Source: Octopus sinensis
Lineage: Eukaryota
Direction of reading: 5' to 3'
Assembly (NCBI RefSeq): GCF_006345805.1
Contig: NW_021832619.1
Location: forward strand, 1 to 36,663
DNA length: 36,663 bases
The notes under the pieces were generated by a model. That model was not told the origin of the DNA, made no database searches, and was given only the letters and a program-made list of their open reading frames with translations. This document shows positions 23,467 through 36,013 of the stretch, piece after piece; positions within the stretch are counted from its first letter, which is position 1; each line of letters starts with the position of its first letter. Made by a program: the position numbers and the translations under genes.

Positions 23467-24229
23467 GTCCCGACTGCAACCCTTTTCATTATATGTCAGC
23501 TCTAGTCTAGGAGACTTGGAAGCTAAACAACATCGAACAGATAATTATTTGACGAAAAATTTTATTCAAGAATTACGAATTACGGCCAAAATGAATATAA
23601 GTAATTAACTCTTGCTTCTGCTGCAGCTGTTGTTGTTGTTGTGGTGGTGGTGGTGGTGCCACTGATGTTATTTGCTCGGCTTAGTCACCTGTGTTCGCTT
23701 CTCCCCGCCATCAACCACGCATTAATATCATTACTGGAATCGTTGGTTACTTCGCTTTGGTGTTTTGCATAAAACGTGACGATGTTGCGCCGAGAAGAAA
23801 GATAGTAATGTCCGAGCGTTAAACGTGTGAAAGTAGTTGAGTAATGTTGTGTTAATGCTTTCGATAAAGGAAATGGTGCGGCTTCGGAATGGAATTCCAA
23901 GACATCGGCGACAAATAAATAAACAAATGAAGTTTTTAAAATAACAGGAAATGTTAGATTGCTTATCAGTTTTTTTGTTGTTTTTTGTATTGATTTTGTT
24001 TACAGTGTTTGTTTTTTCTTTCATTTCGCATGATTAGATTATCAATGCAGAAGAAAAGAAAACACAAGTGCGTACACAAACATACACAGACACACACATA
24101 CACACACACGCACTTTCACATAAACACACAGGCACAGTTCCCCATGCACATACAGATTTACGCACGCACATATTATCTCTCTCTTTCTCTCTTTCGCACA
24201 TACGTATATACGCATATATAAGTTCACGT

Positions 24230-24230
24230 G

Positions 24231-24292
<62 letters not shown>

Positions 24293-25419
24293 CTCTCTCT
24301 CTCTCTCTCTCTTTCACTCGCATAACTTTTCTGTCTCTATTTTTCATTCCTCTCTCTCTCTTTCTTTTTCGATTCTTTCTCTCTTTCGCTCTCCTCTTCT
24401 TTCGCTCTCCTGTTCTTCTTTCGCTTCTCTCTCTCTTTTTCACTCCTCTCTCTTTCTTTCGCTCTTCTGTCTCTCTTTCGCTCCTATCTCTCTCTTTCTT
24501 TTGCCTCTCTCTCTTTCACTCCTCCCTCCCTCCCTCCTCTCTCTCTTTCATTCCTCTCTCCCCCTCTTTCACTCCTCCTTACCTCTCTCTCACTCTCTTT
24601 CATTCCTCCCTCTCCTCTCTATCTTTTACTCCTCCCTCCGTCTCTCTCTTTCGCTCCTCTCTCTCTCTTTCTCTCTTTTACCTCTCTCTATTTCATTTTT
24701 CTCTCTCTTTCACTCCCCCTTCCCTCCCCTCTTACTCTCTTTCACTCATCCCTCCCTCTCTCTTTCACTCCTCGCTCCCTCTCTTTCGGTCCTCTTTCTC
24801 TCTTTCGTTCTTCGCTCCATTTCACCCTCCTTCCTCTCTTTCACTCTCTTTCATTCTTCCCTTCCCTGTCTCTTTCACTCCTCCCTCCCTCTCTCTTTCA
24901 GTCCTCTTTCTCTCTCTCGCTCTTCTCTCTCTCTCTCTTTCGTTCCTTTTCCCCCTCTTTTCCTTTTTCTTACATAGACACGCATACGATTCGCTAAACC
25001 TACACACGCTCATATGTACACACGCATACAACTTCACACAAACACACACTTTACACATATTCACATCCACACCCCCCCCCCCACACACACATTCATATGC
25101 AAGCACAGATGCAACTTAACATACAAACACACACACGTTCACACGCCCACAAGCATATACATACACACACCTTCAACGCACACATTCTTCCTCCATCACT
25201 CCCTCTCTCTCTCTCTGTCTCTTTCATACACCCACACTCTCACACTCACATGCATACATTTACATACAAACATACACATACACACGCAGACGTGAGCCCC
25301 AAAACATACTTAAAAACTTAATCGTTTTCACGTAAAAGTACTCACAACACACCTCCTAGCTCTCCTCTATTATCTTCATCTACTGCACACATACACACAT
25401 ACATAAGCACATACACACA

Positions 25420-25460
<41 letters not shown>

Positions 25461-25500
25461 TCACATACACACACACACAGATAAACGTGCATACCCAATC
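24230..25500. repeat. Long cryptic (CT)-rich then (CA)-rich low-complexity tract
   Basis: Direct reading; explains the S/L-rich ORF 24228..24977 and the ER-rich antisense ORFs. Confidence 0.93.
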
Positions 25501-25644
25501 TCAAATACATGACAAAATTGCTAACGGTTTCATCGAACAACTTACTAAATTCTACACTAAACATACGCCATTACATTTTTATATAAATCATATATTAAAC
25601 TCTTATCAGGGATCCGGGGCTATTTACCGAAGCCCGGCTGAATT

Positions 25645-26050
25645 CTCTTACTCTCTTTTCTCTTTTACTTGTTTCAGTCATTTGACTGCGGCCATGCTGG
25701 AGTACCGCCTTTTTTAATCGAGCAACTGGACCCCGGGACTTATTCTTTTGTAAGCCCAGTACTTATTCTATCGGTCTCTTTTGCCGAACCGCTAAGTAAC
25801 GGGGACATAAACACACCAGCATCGGTTGTCAAGCAATGCTAGGGGGGCAAACACAGACACACAAACACACACACGCATATATATATATACATATATATGA
25901 CGGGCTTCTTTCAGTTTCCGTGTACCAAATCCACTCACAAGACATTGGTCGGCCCGAGGTTATAGTAGAAGACACTTGCCCAAGGTGCCACGCAGTGGGA
26001 CTGAACCCGTGGTTGGTAAACAAGCTACTTACCACACAGCCACCCCTGCC
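25645..26050 (-). mobile_element. Family-C SINE
   Basis: Same head, CORE-like segment and tail as 16225-16635. Confidence 0.9.
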
Positions 26051-26464
26051 CCTTTAATTAATTAATATTCACAAAAGAGAGCGCTTCACATCATCAGAAT
26101 CTGCAAACAGATCCCAGCCATAAACTTGTAACTCAATGATTTTCTCGAGGTGTGGGAATATCATAGAGAGCTTCTACGTGATGATTCAAACTGTTAGATA
26201 TAACAGCTAAATCCATATCAAATCACAAATTTTCCTGTCTAAAACTCTTACAGAACGACGCACAGCTTAACCACTTAATATGTTACCCCGTATAGTTTCG
26301 TTCAGAGATGTCCTGTAAATACATATTTGACCGAAATTTTGCGTTCATTGTACTCTGAGGTATGTGTTACTTCTGACCCGAAATACTTCGTTCATGATGT
26401 TATTACAGTTACCTATCATCAACTATCATTTCTATCAGTAACTTCATAATCCGTTCAGCTATAG

Positions 26465-26845
26465 TCACAAGGCCTGAAATTTTGGGGGAGGATGCCAGTC
26501 GATTAGATCGACCCCAGTACGCAAATGGTACTTAATTAATCGACTCCCAAAGGATGAAAGACAAAGTCGACCTTGGCGGAATTTGAACTCAGAACGTGAC
26601 CGCAGACGAAATGCCAATTTCTTTACTACCCACAGGGGGCTAAACACAGAGGGGACAAACAAGGACAGACAAACGGATTAAGTCGATTATATCGACCCTA
26701 CTGCGTAACTGGAACTTATTTAATCGAACCCGAAAGGATGAAAGCCAAAGTCGACCGCGGCAGAATTCGAACTCGGAACGTAGCAGCGGATGAAATACGG
26801 CTACGCATTTCGTCCGTCGTGCTAACGTTTCTGCCAGCTCGTCGC
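26465..26845 (-). mobile_element. Family-M SINE with two bodies
   Basis: Reverse complement of head (gctaacgtttctgccagctc) and two central domains (~26530-26600 and ~26710-26780). Confidence 0.9.
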
Positions 26846-27166
26846 CTTCTCCACTCCCTAATATTACCATTCTCTTACAAAACTCAATAAAAAAAAAAAA
26901 AAGAAGAAACAGAGATAATTCCAAAAAAAAACTTGAAAAACTATCTAGTTTTTTTTTTGTTTTTCAAATTACTTCTTTTTGTCATAGGTTGCTGTATAAT
27001 GAAAAGTTGTATCTTTAGTCTGTATGAAGAATCCAAGGAATCTAAGTTCCCCATCTTCAGCAAAACACAGTAAGTAGACTTCGTAGAAAATTACTTGCCT
27101 TGAGACAAAATTTGAAACTATTATTATTATTATTATTATTATTGTTGTTGTTGTTGTTGTTGTTCT

Positions 27167-27202
<36 letters not shown>

Positions 27203-27299
27203 CATTTTTTGTTTGGCTCATGTTCGATATTATTCTCTGATAGGATTTATGTGGGTAGCGGGTGACTACCAGTAACTTTACGTATCCACAAGTTTTCAG

Positions 27300-27415
27300 C
27301 TGTCCTTCCTGATAATCATTGCTGTCCCTACAAAATTTCTGTAGGGGCTCTCCCAGGCATTATAATAATAATACTTATAATAATAATAATATAATAATAT
27401 AATAATAATAATAAT

Positions 27416-27486
<71 letters not shown>

Positions 27487-27520
27487 TATTATATTATTAT
27501 TATTGTTATTATTATTATTA
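27300..27520. repeat. Inverted microsatellite (AAT)n-(ATT)n
   Basis: Direct switch from AAT to ATT at ~27438. Confidence 0.93.
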
Positions 27521-28019
27521 GCTTCGTGCACTCATAAGAATTGAGATTAGATACAACTTGAAATGCCATACTTAGATGATAAAGCCCACCTCCATCCCCG
27601 ACAATTACAAAATACAAATTATAATTACAATTAATTTAATATCTTTTTACAAATATTTACATTACTTTTAGTTAAGTTTTGCTCTTAATTTACCCGGAAG
27701 CTCTTCAACGAAATGAATAATAAGCGAGTAAAATTAATTTAGATATTTCTGAAGATCATTAATTTTATATTTATTAATTTCTTCAGAAAAATGAGTCATA
27801 AATAACTGTAGACTATATTCTATGAACTTGCACTAATATTTCTGACATTAAATCTTTCCTAGAAATTTTGTTTAATTTTATTGTCATCTTATTTTTAGAT
27901 TAAGCTTTAAAAGAAGTGATTAATAATATGGAAAATTAAATACGGATATGAAACAAATAACGAAGTGTCATTTCATTATAAATAGACGCAGGCTTGGCTG
28001 TGTGGTAAGAAGCTGCATC

Positions 28020-29230
28020 CCGCTGCGCATGCGTTTCCTTGTCAGTGTTGTTCGTAGCCCTGCTTGAAGTCACAACGCGGGTTTGAAGCTGGTGGAATAG
28101 TGATTAAAAAGAAACTCAACTGTAAGGTAAGATTTCGTTCTTGGGTCCAGTGGGGGTTTGTTGTTTGCCGTAATGATTTTTTTACAAACAAGAAGGCCTC
28201 ACTGGATTTTGGACTCTGGTCTGCTTGCAGTTGAATGAATAGTTTTTCTCACTTAATTGTGAGAAGTTTGGGGGCGTATCTCGCTTCCAAAAATTTGTTC
28301 AATTTTAGTGAATATTTTTTTTCGAAAATTGTGAGAATTCACCGACTTCATTTACCAATTCTTGTGGAAGCTCTGTTCTAAGTTGTGGCGTTCCAGGTTC
28401 AAGCTGGATTACCAAATAGGCCTGGATTACCGAGTGGCCAGAATGATTTTTTGCTGTGTTTTTGAACTGTTGTTTTCTTTTCTTCTTCTATCTTTCTTTG
28501 TGACTTTATTTTTTGAACTGTTTTCTTTTTTTCCTTCCTTTTTGTTGTGACTTTCTGTTGATTTCTTTCTTTTTCTTCTTTCTTTTCTTTTCAATTTTTA
28601 TCGTGAACTGTTGTTGGACATTTTATTTAAAAAAAAACTTGGCAAAAAACAAGAAAAATGTTTTGGAGTGGGAAATTGTACCACCCAAACAGTGGTTGAA
28701 AGACTTCGAAAAGAAGACGATGGTGTTGAGGACTTACTCCAAGTCGCTCGACACCATCGCTCTAATGGAAATGACTGCTATAGAAAGAGAATTGGTAAAG
28801 TATCTACCAACTATTAAATTTATCTCCAGAGGGGTCAGATGTGTGACGGTGTGGTTGCTGTTTGATACCCCTGATGAAGCTGGCGAATTTGCGAGCAGGC
28901 CCTTGGAGGGCAGAGAGATTTAGTTTCTTCCCACATATTGTGGGAGGAAGTCAACGAGGGCTTGGGTCTGTGGCTTGCCACCCGGAATAGAACCCGAGTG
29001 GATAGAAGGCGCTATCCATCGGGGTCTGGGTGGCAGCGGAGCCAAGCTCCTCGATGTCAAAAATTTGCCAGCGGCTGATTGGATGGGGGTCAACAGCGGT
29101 TTTGACTCTGTGGACCTAATCAGCAAAAAATCTGGTATTTCCAGATTTTTTTTAAATGGCCGAGTGCAGTTACCCGGTGATTCTTGAGGGTCGCCCCACT
29201 CCAGGTGTCATCGGTGCCTGGAGCCTGGCC
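28020..29230 (+). pseudogene. 5' UTR and disrupted ORF1 of an L1/Tx1-like LINE
   Basis: KTMVLRTYSKSL...KFISRGVRCVTVWLLFDTPDEAGEFASRPLEGREI*FLPTYCGRKSTRAWVCGLPPGIEPEWI reads through one in-frame stop (ORFs 28513..28923 and 28975..29187). RRM-like ORF1 pattern; family assignment is from recall. Confidence 0.62.
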
Positions 29231-29879
29231 ATATAAAGAAAAAGTGTCCCCAGGAACAAAGTAAAGTATATATGAGCGATCGCGTGGGTATGTATGTGGG
29301 GGCAAGCACAAGATTATGTGACCGTGTGTGTATGTGCGTACGTACGGGAGCACGCGTGTATATGTGTACGAATAAACAAGTATGTTCACTTTGTGAAGCG
29401 ATGTGTGCATGTGTGTGTATGTATCAGAGGGCAAACGCATGTGTGTATTAGCTAATGAGCGCGTGTATGCTTTGTACGTGTAGCGTGTGTACGTGCTAGC
29501 GTTCTTGCATGCGTTTATGCGTTTGTGCGTAAAGTGTGCGTGTGACACTGTTGCGTACCTTTCTGTTTATGGAAAAATATCGTGTGTCTATGCTTCTGCA
29601 TGTATGTGAACGAGTGTGCGTCTCCCTGTTATCATTTGCTGTGTGTATATGAGGCTGTTGGATAGAGAATGGTGTGTGTGTGTGTGTGAGTATGTGTGTG
29701 TATATTCTGTGTTTGTATAGAGGTATATCAGTGTAGGTGTTTGTACATGCTATAGGGAAACAATTAATGGTGTGTGTGCGGTTGGTATGTCTGTGTATAA
29801 ATATATATATATATGTACACATATATATGTATATATGTATATATACATATGTGTTTGTATATATATATATATGTGTGTA

Positions 29880-30170
29880 TATATATCTATGTATATAAAT
29901 GTATGTATATGTATATATATATATATGTAATATAAATTTATATTTATATTATTTATATTATTATATGATCGAACGCCGCGCATCCTTTTGCAAGTTATAT
30001 ATATATATATATATACATATACATACATATATATATATATATATGTATATATATGTATATAAATGTATGTATATATATAGATGTAATATAAATTTATATT
30101 TATATTTTTTATATTATTATATAATCGAACACCACCCATCCTTTTGCAAGTAAGTTATATATATATATAT
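29880..30170. repeat. Tandem duplication of a TA-rich unit with a unique core
   Basis: aatataaatttatatttatatt..ttattatat(g/a)atcgaac..catccttttgcaagt occurs at ~29930-29997 and ~30086-30150. Confidence 0.85.
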
Positions 30171-30185
30171 ATATATACATACATA

Positions 30186-30416
30186 CACCAGAGCAGGCAC
30201 ACGAATGCGAAACAAGTTACAAAAATTGTAGTCCAATACTAGAGGTAGAGTAATATATTTGATCAAAAAGCAGCAAAGATATCACAACAATTGTTACTTA
30301 GAGTTTCACGCTCCAGTCGTCGGACAGTTTTGTTGTAAACAAAACTTTCTGGGGAACGGGAACGTGAAACTGCGAGTAACAGTTTTGTCATACTTTTCAT
30401 GCTTTTGATAAAGTAC
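30186..30416. mobile_element. Head-to-head inverted pair of degenerate HHR repeats, family H4
   Basis: Imperfect palindrome ~30258-30412 centred on gttgtaaac (30332-30340). HHR-like folds at 30287-30331 (-) and 30341-30386 (+). (TA)n-like tracts at both ends. Confidence 0.72.
30341..30386 (+). ncRNA. Degenerate minimal type I hammerhead (A6G)
   Basis: Stem I AAAACUUU/ACAGUUUU (7 of 8 pairs); core CUGGGGA; stem II ACG-ggaa-CGU; GAA; stem III ACU-gcg-AGU; GUA triplet ending at 30378. Confidence 0.65.
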
Positions 30417-30502
30417 ATATATATGTGTGTTTGTGTGTATCTAAGTATATGTACATATGTATGCATATATTTATATATGTATATATATATATTATATATA
30501 TA

Positions 30503-30551
<49 letters not shown>

Positions 30552-31072
30552 GTCTTCGAAACATGTGTCGAAAATAAAGGAATTTTGTTAAATCATCGTT
30601 CGACTCCATTCTTTCATTTATCTATAGTAAAAAAACACACAAATTTCCACACGAATTCATTCAACTACTTAAATATATATATATATATTATATATATATA
30701 CAAACACACACACATTGTTACGTATGTGTATATACATATGAATTTATTTTACAATTTTATATTATTTATCACGAAAAGAGAAGCAATAAAATCTCAAAGA
30801 TTATCAAGTGATACTTCGTGAAAATTTTAGCAGCCATCAACCGCCAACAATAGTCATTTGACTATTCTATATTTATAATACCCGATGATTGAACTACGCC
30901 GATAATGACTTTTCATTCATTCGTTTCTTTATGCCGCCTCTACATAGGAAATGTCTGTACTCTTGTTGCTTTATACAATGTAACATAAAAATGTCGCATT
31001 CGGGTAAACATTAGTCACCGTTTGATGACATGTTTAAGAATTAAATATACAATGAGCCAAGTACTTGTTACG

Positions 31073-31104
<32 letters not shown>

Positions 31105-31255
31105 TTTTTACGCATGTACATATATATATGTATATATGCATAGATATATATACATATATATATTTAAATTTAAACGTATACATTACCTGTATCAATAAAA
31201 AAATTACACACACACACACACATATTTATGCATATATATATAGATATATACATGA

Positions 31256-31309
<54 letters not shown>

Positions 31310-32079
31310 CTGTATTTATACACACATATATATATATATATGTTTAAACGCATACATATAACTGTAGCTATAAAAAAATTACACACAACATATATATAAA
31401 CATATGTATCTATATATATGCATATATATTATATATATATATATATATATAAGTATATATATATATAATACGTATATATGTACATATATATATATATGAC
31501 TGCATATATTTATATATATATATACATAGATATAAATGTAAATATATATGTATATATATAAATGTATATATATATATATGTATGTATATATATATATATG
31601 TGTGTATGTATATATATATGTATATATATATCCGTGTATGTGTGTATATGTATTCCTTATCAATTTTTAAATAGCGCCTAAATCGCCTTAGAAATTATTC
31701 TAGAAACGTGGGCGATTATGGAGACATTGACAAGTTGATTTTCGAAGATTTGTACATTTTTATTGCCTAAGAACATAGCTTCTACTTAGATTAGCCTTCT
31801 GGTTATAGATTAAGATAAATCTTGCATTTTTTCTCCGGACTTTATATATTTATATTACAATAATCTTTTCCCTTTTTTTCCATGAAATTGCAACAAAGAT
31901 TTTATCTTTTGTGTAGTTGTTTTTTTATTGTTGTTGGCTTTGCTGTTCTCATTCTTGTTGTTCTTTTAACCACCAACGCCCATTCTGTTTTAGCAGTTTT
32001 CATGAAATATCATCAGATCCAGCTAGAACTATATCATCTATTTCAGGAAAAAAGTCTTTGATTGCTGCTTTGTATCAAG

Positions 32080-32250
32080 AGTAGTAGTTTGGTCGAGTAA
32101 ATAAGAAGTTTGCTTGGCAACCAATAGATCGTAGGTTCGATCCCACAGCGTGGGATCTTATGCCAAATACCAATTTTGTCTCGCCAAATGCACCCAGCCG
32201 TCACAACCAAGTGCACCTGATGAAGTGGAATTTCATAGAAGCCCATCACT
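32080..32250 (+). mobile_element. Old diverged family-C-like SINE head
   Basis: taagaagtttgcttggcaacc...ggttcgatcccacagcgtgg...agaagcccatc aligns loosely with the family-C head. Confidence 0.6.
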
Positions 32251-32499
32251 TATAACTGTAATTCACATACGCTGATCCAATTTAAAGGTTAGTCACGTCT
32301 GTGGAATACTCAGCAGAAGTAACTGAGTGACTCAAAGGCCGAGAGTTTCGTTCATTGGCACTTATATGTATGAATGTGTGTGTATGTGTGTATTTATGTA
32401 TGTATGTATGTATGTATGTATGTATTTATGTATGTATGCATGTATGTATGTATGTATGTGCGTAGGTGTGTATGTATGTATATATGTATGTATGCAGGC

Positions 32500-32830
32500 A
32501 TGTATGTCGGGCTGCGAGGCTTTTGTACCCCACTCCTTTAACAGATAGTTCCACACAATCTAATCGTGCGTCCGAGATAGCGTTCCAGTCACCCAGTAGA
32601 CTGACAGGGATAGATGTTGCCAGGAAAACTTTCAGACTTCTGAAGAAATCCGGCAGCCCTCTACCTGTCGGAGCATAAACAGTCACTCGTCTGAAAGCGC
32701 CTTCCTCTCTCTCTCTCTACTGTTCACATCCAAAGCCACCAACTTACTTTCTGGAGCTGGATAATGGTTCTTATCGAGAAATACAGAACTTTCCGGAACA
32801 AAACCACAGTTCTAGCCCCAACATGTTCAG
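32500..32830 (-). pseudogene. AP-endonuclease fragment of an L1/Tx1-like LINE ORF2
   Basis: VVLFRKVLYFSIRTI / KLVALDVNS...AFRRVTVYAPTG...FFRSLKVFL...SLLGDWNAISD contains the VYAP and GD(F/W)N motifs of LINE endonucleases; frameshifted. Confidence 0.82.
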
Positions 32831-33749
32831 TTGCTATGAAGTTAAGCAAATGTCTTCTACTATGGTCACCTGACAGTCCAAAGCCTGTTGTGTGAGTGCG
32901 TGTGGGTCTATGTGCGTGCGTATGAGTATATGAATGTGTGTGTTTAAGCGTGTGTGTGTACATGTGTGTGTGTAAGCGTCTGTGTGTGCATGTGTGTGTG
33001 TAAGCGTGTGTGTGTGCATGTGTGTGTGTGCATGTGTGTATGTGCATGTGTGTGTGTGCATGTGTGTGTGTGCATGTGTGCATATATTTATATATATGTG
33101 AGTGTGTGTGTGAGCGTGTTTGTGTGTGCTTGTGTGTGTGTGTGTTTTTCTTTTCTCCACGCATCCCACTGCTTGACAACCGACTTCTTTTGATCCTTGT
33201 AACGTTGCAATTCAGAAGGAGCACCAGGCTTAAATATTAGTCCTGGGGCCGATTTGTTCCACTAAAACCTCCTAAGCAGTGGATCAGCAGGGCCGCATTC
33301 CAATGCCTGCAACAAGTAAAAGAGAAAATACATGCGCACTTCACAAATAGTTTGATGTCAACGTACGGAATAAGTATGTCGAGTTAATCTCTGAAAAATA
33401 TTCAACATGATAACGTTAGAGAACTCATTAGTTTTAAAGAGGAAAAAAAAGAAATTAATCAAAATAATTTATTTGCCATTAGAAAGAAGTTTTTTCTCAT
33501 TCGGACGTTCAACTTTACGTATACTAAAAACCAATTCCTGAAATTCTTGTTATTTCAGTGTTCTTTTCAACAGATGCTAGCGTAAATCAAAAGAGACGCT
33601 TCGTTTCGTCTAACATTGAAAATAATTGTTTCTCGTTTTCAGATTTATATTCTTTTTTTTTTGGGTAAGCATGCGTTAATACAGTGGTGGAGAATTTAAC
33701 CAAATATTTTTGAATACTGCTAATACAAAACTATTAGAAATGCACGCCG

Positions 33750-33824
33750 TTATACATACATATACACATGCATACATACATACATACATATATACCTACA
33801 TACATACATACATATACACATATA

Positions 33825-33856
<32 letters not shown>

Positions 33857-34175
33857 AACATATATACATACATACATACATACATACATACATTCATACA
33901 TACATACATTCATACATACATTCATACATACATACATACATACATACATACATACACACATACATACATACATACATACATATATACATACATACATACA
34001 TACATTCATACATACATGCATACATACATACATACATACATACATTCATACATACATACATGCATACATACATGCATACATACATACATACATACATACA
34101 TCATACATACATACATTCATACATACATTCATACATACATACATACATACATACATACATACATACATACATACA

Positions 34176-34205
<30 letters not shown>
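33750..34205. repeat. (TACA)n microsatellite
   Basis: Direct reading. Confidence 0.97.
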
Positions 34206-34206
<1 letters not shown>

Positions 34207-34352
34207 GATGCAGCACGGATTTTTGTCAGTGAACAGGTCGCGGTCTCAAAGCGACGGAAATATTTTGGCAAATTAAATTTAAATGTTGAAGTGAATTTAA
34301 TGGTTTTGTGTGTTTCTTAAATGGCTTATAAACACATTCCACGCTGCATTTG

Positions 34353-34388
<36 letters not shown>

Positions 34389-34465
34389 ATTACATATATA
34401 CATAATATATATATATATGTATATATGTAATTCTGTAAGTATATATATATATATGTGTGTGTATG

Positions 34466-34498
<33 letters not shown>

Positions 34499-34683
34499 TA
34501 TATATATAATATATATATATATATATAGAAAGGTGTGTATGTGTGTGTGTGTGTATACATACATACTTATATACATATATATATATATATATATAGAAAG
34601 GTGTGTATGTGTGTCTGCCTATCTGTCTCTCTATGTATCAGTATATACATACACGAGTACATGTGTTTGCGTGTGTGTGTGTT

Positions 34684-34766
<83 letters not shown>

Positions 34767-34849
34767 TGTGTAAGTAATGTATTTTGTGTGTACAAATGGA
34801 AGTACGACGTTTCAGCTTTCTCTCATCTTCTTCATGTATGCTGTTAAAT

Positions 34850-35290
34850 ATATCAGATCATGAAGAATGAAATGTCCGATTTTCTCATGCACCAAGTTTG
34901 GCGGTCGTTAACGCTAATGTTTTATCCTGACAACGATGAAGTGTTACATCATCTCTTTTCAAAATTCAATTCATGGTGTCTGATTATATGTCTGAATTTT
35001 CTCTTGTAAATCAAATATCTGTGAACATATGGACAAATCAAAATTTCTTGTTGGTTATGAATATGAGTTCCGTCTTGGAACCAATGCATCTCAGACAGCT
35101 GGAAACATCAATGAAGTGTTTGGTGAAGATGTAGCGAATGAGCGTACTGTTCGTCGATGGTTTGTGAAGTTCTAGTCTGGTGACTGTAATCTTTAAAATC
35201 AGCCCCGTAATGGAGCTGAGACCAAAGTGGATAATGATGAGATGGAAACTGTAGTGAAAGCGGATACATCTCAAACTACGCGTGCAAGTG
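34850..35290 (+). pseudogene. 5' fragment of a mariner (cecropia/Hsmar1-like) transposase
   Basis: From ATG 35029: MDKSKFLVGYEYEFRLGTNASQTAGNINEVFGEDVANERTVRRWFVKF*SGDCNL*NQPRNG...VDNDE...ADTSQTTR, with two in-frame stops. Confidence 0.88.
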
Positions 35291-35784
35291 ATATTTAAGC
35301 AATAAACAGTTCTTTGGTTTTTGCATTCGACGATTGTTGCTTTACATATTTTATTTCGATTTTCACTAGCGTAGTGGTAAGAACTACGGGATAAGCAATA
35401 TTAGTTTCGAATAAAAATTTAAGTGGAAGTTTTAATCACCCGATGGACAGGCAATCAGAAACTGCTACTCAATAACGGTGCAAAATGCTAAGGAAAGTCT
35501 CTTTTCTCTGAAAAACTAACACAAAAAGAAGATGAAATAACAGAATGTGCAGTAAAATAACATAAGGCATGTTCTTTGCAAATCAATTTTATCTCAAATA
35601 TTGAACAATATCGCTTATTTTTTAAAGATGTATGAGGACCGTTAGGCAAGGTTTTAGATGTAATACAGTTGTTCGTGGTCTAATATTTAAATCAAAATGA
35701 GACTGCATTTACAAATAGCAAGCTTTATTTACTCATATATATCATTTAAATGTGAAAACGTAGGAACGAATTGCTAAGAACGTC

Positions 35785-36013
35785 GGTTAGCTGGCAGAAT
35801 CGTTAGCACGCCGGGCGAAATGCGTAGCCGTATTTCGTCTGCCGTTACGTTCTGTGTTCAAATTCCGGCGAGGACGACTTTGCCTTTCATCCTTTCGGGG
35901 TCAATAAATTAAGTACCAGTTACGCACTCGAGTCGATATAATCGACTTAATCCATTTGTCTGTCCTTGTTTGTCCCCTCTGTGTTTAACCCTTGTGGGTA
36001 GTAAAGAAATAGG
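35785..36013 (+). mobile_element. Family-M SINE (single body)
   Basis: agctggcagaatcgttagcacgccgggcg...gcctttcatcctttcgggg...gtaaagaaatagg. Confidence 0.9.

Noticed and set aside
24228-24977. 249-aa S/L-rich ORF and antisense E/R-rich ORFs
   Set aside because: Translation of a CT-rich low-complexity tract with no domain signal.
28871-28895. CTGATGA..GAAT motif
   Set aside because: Lies within the LINE ORF1 coding remnant; no GAAA and no consistent stems.
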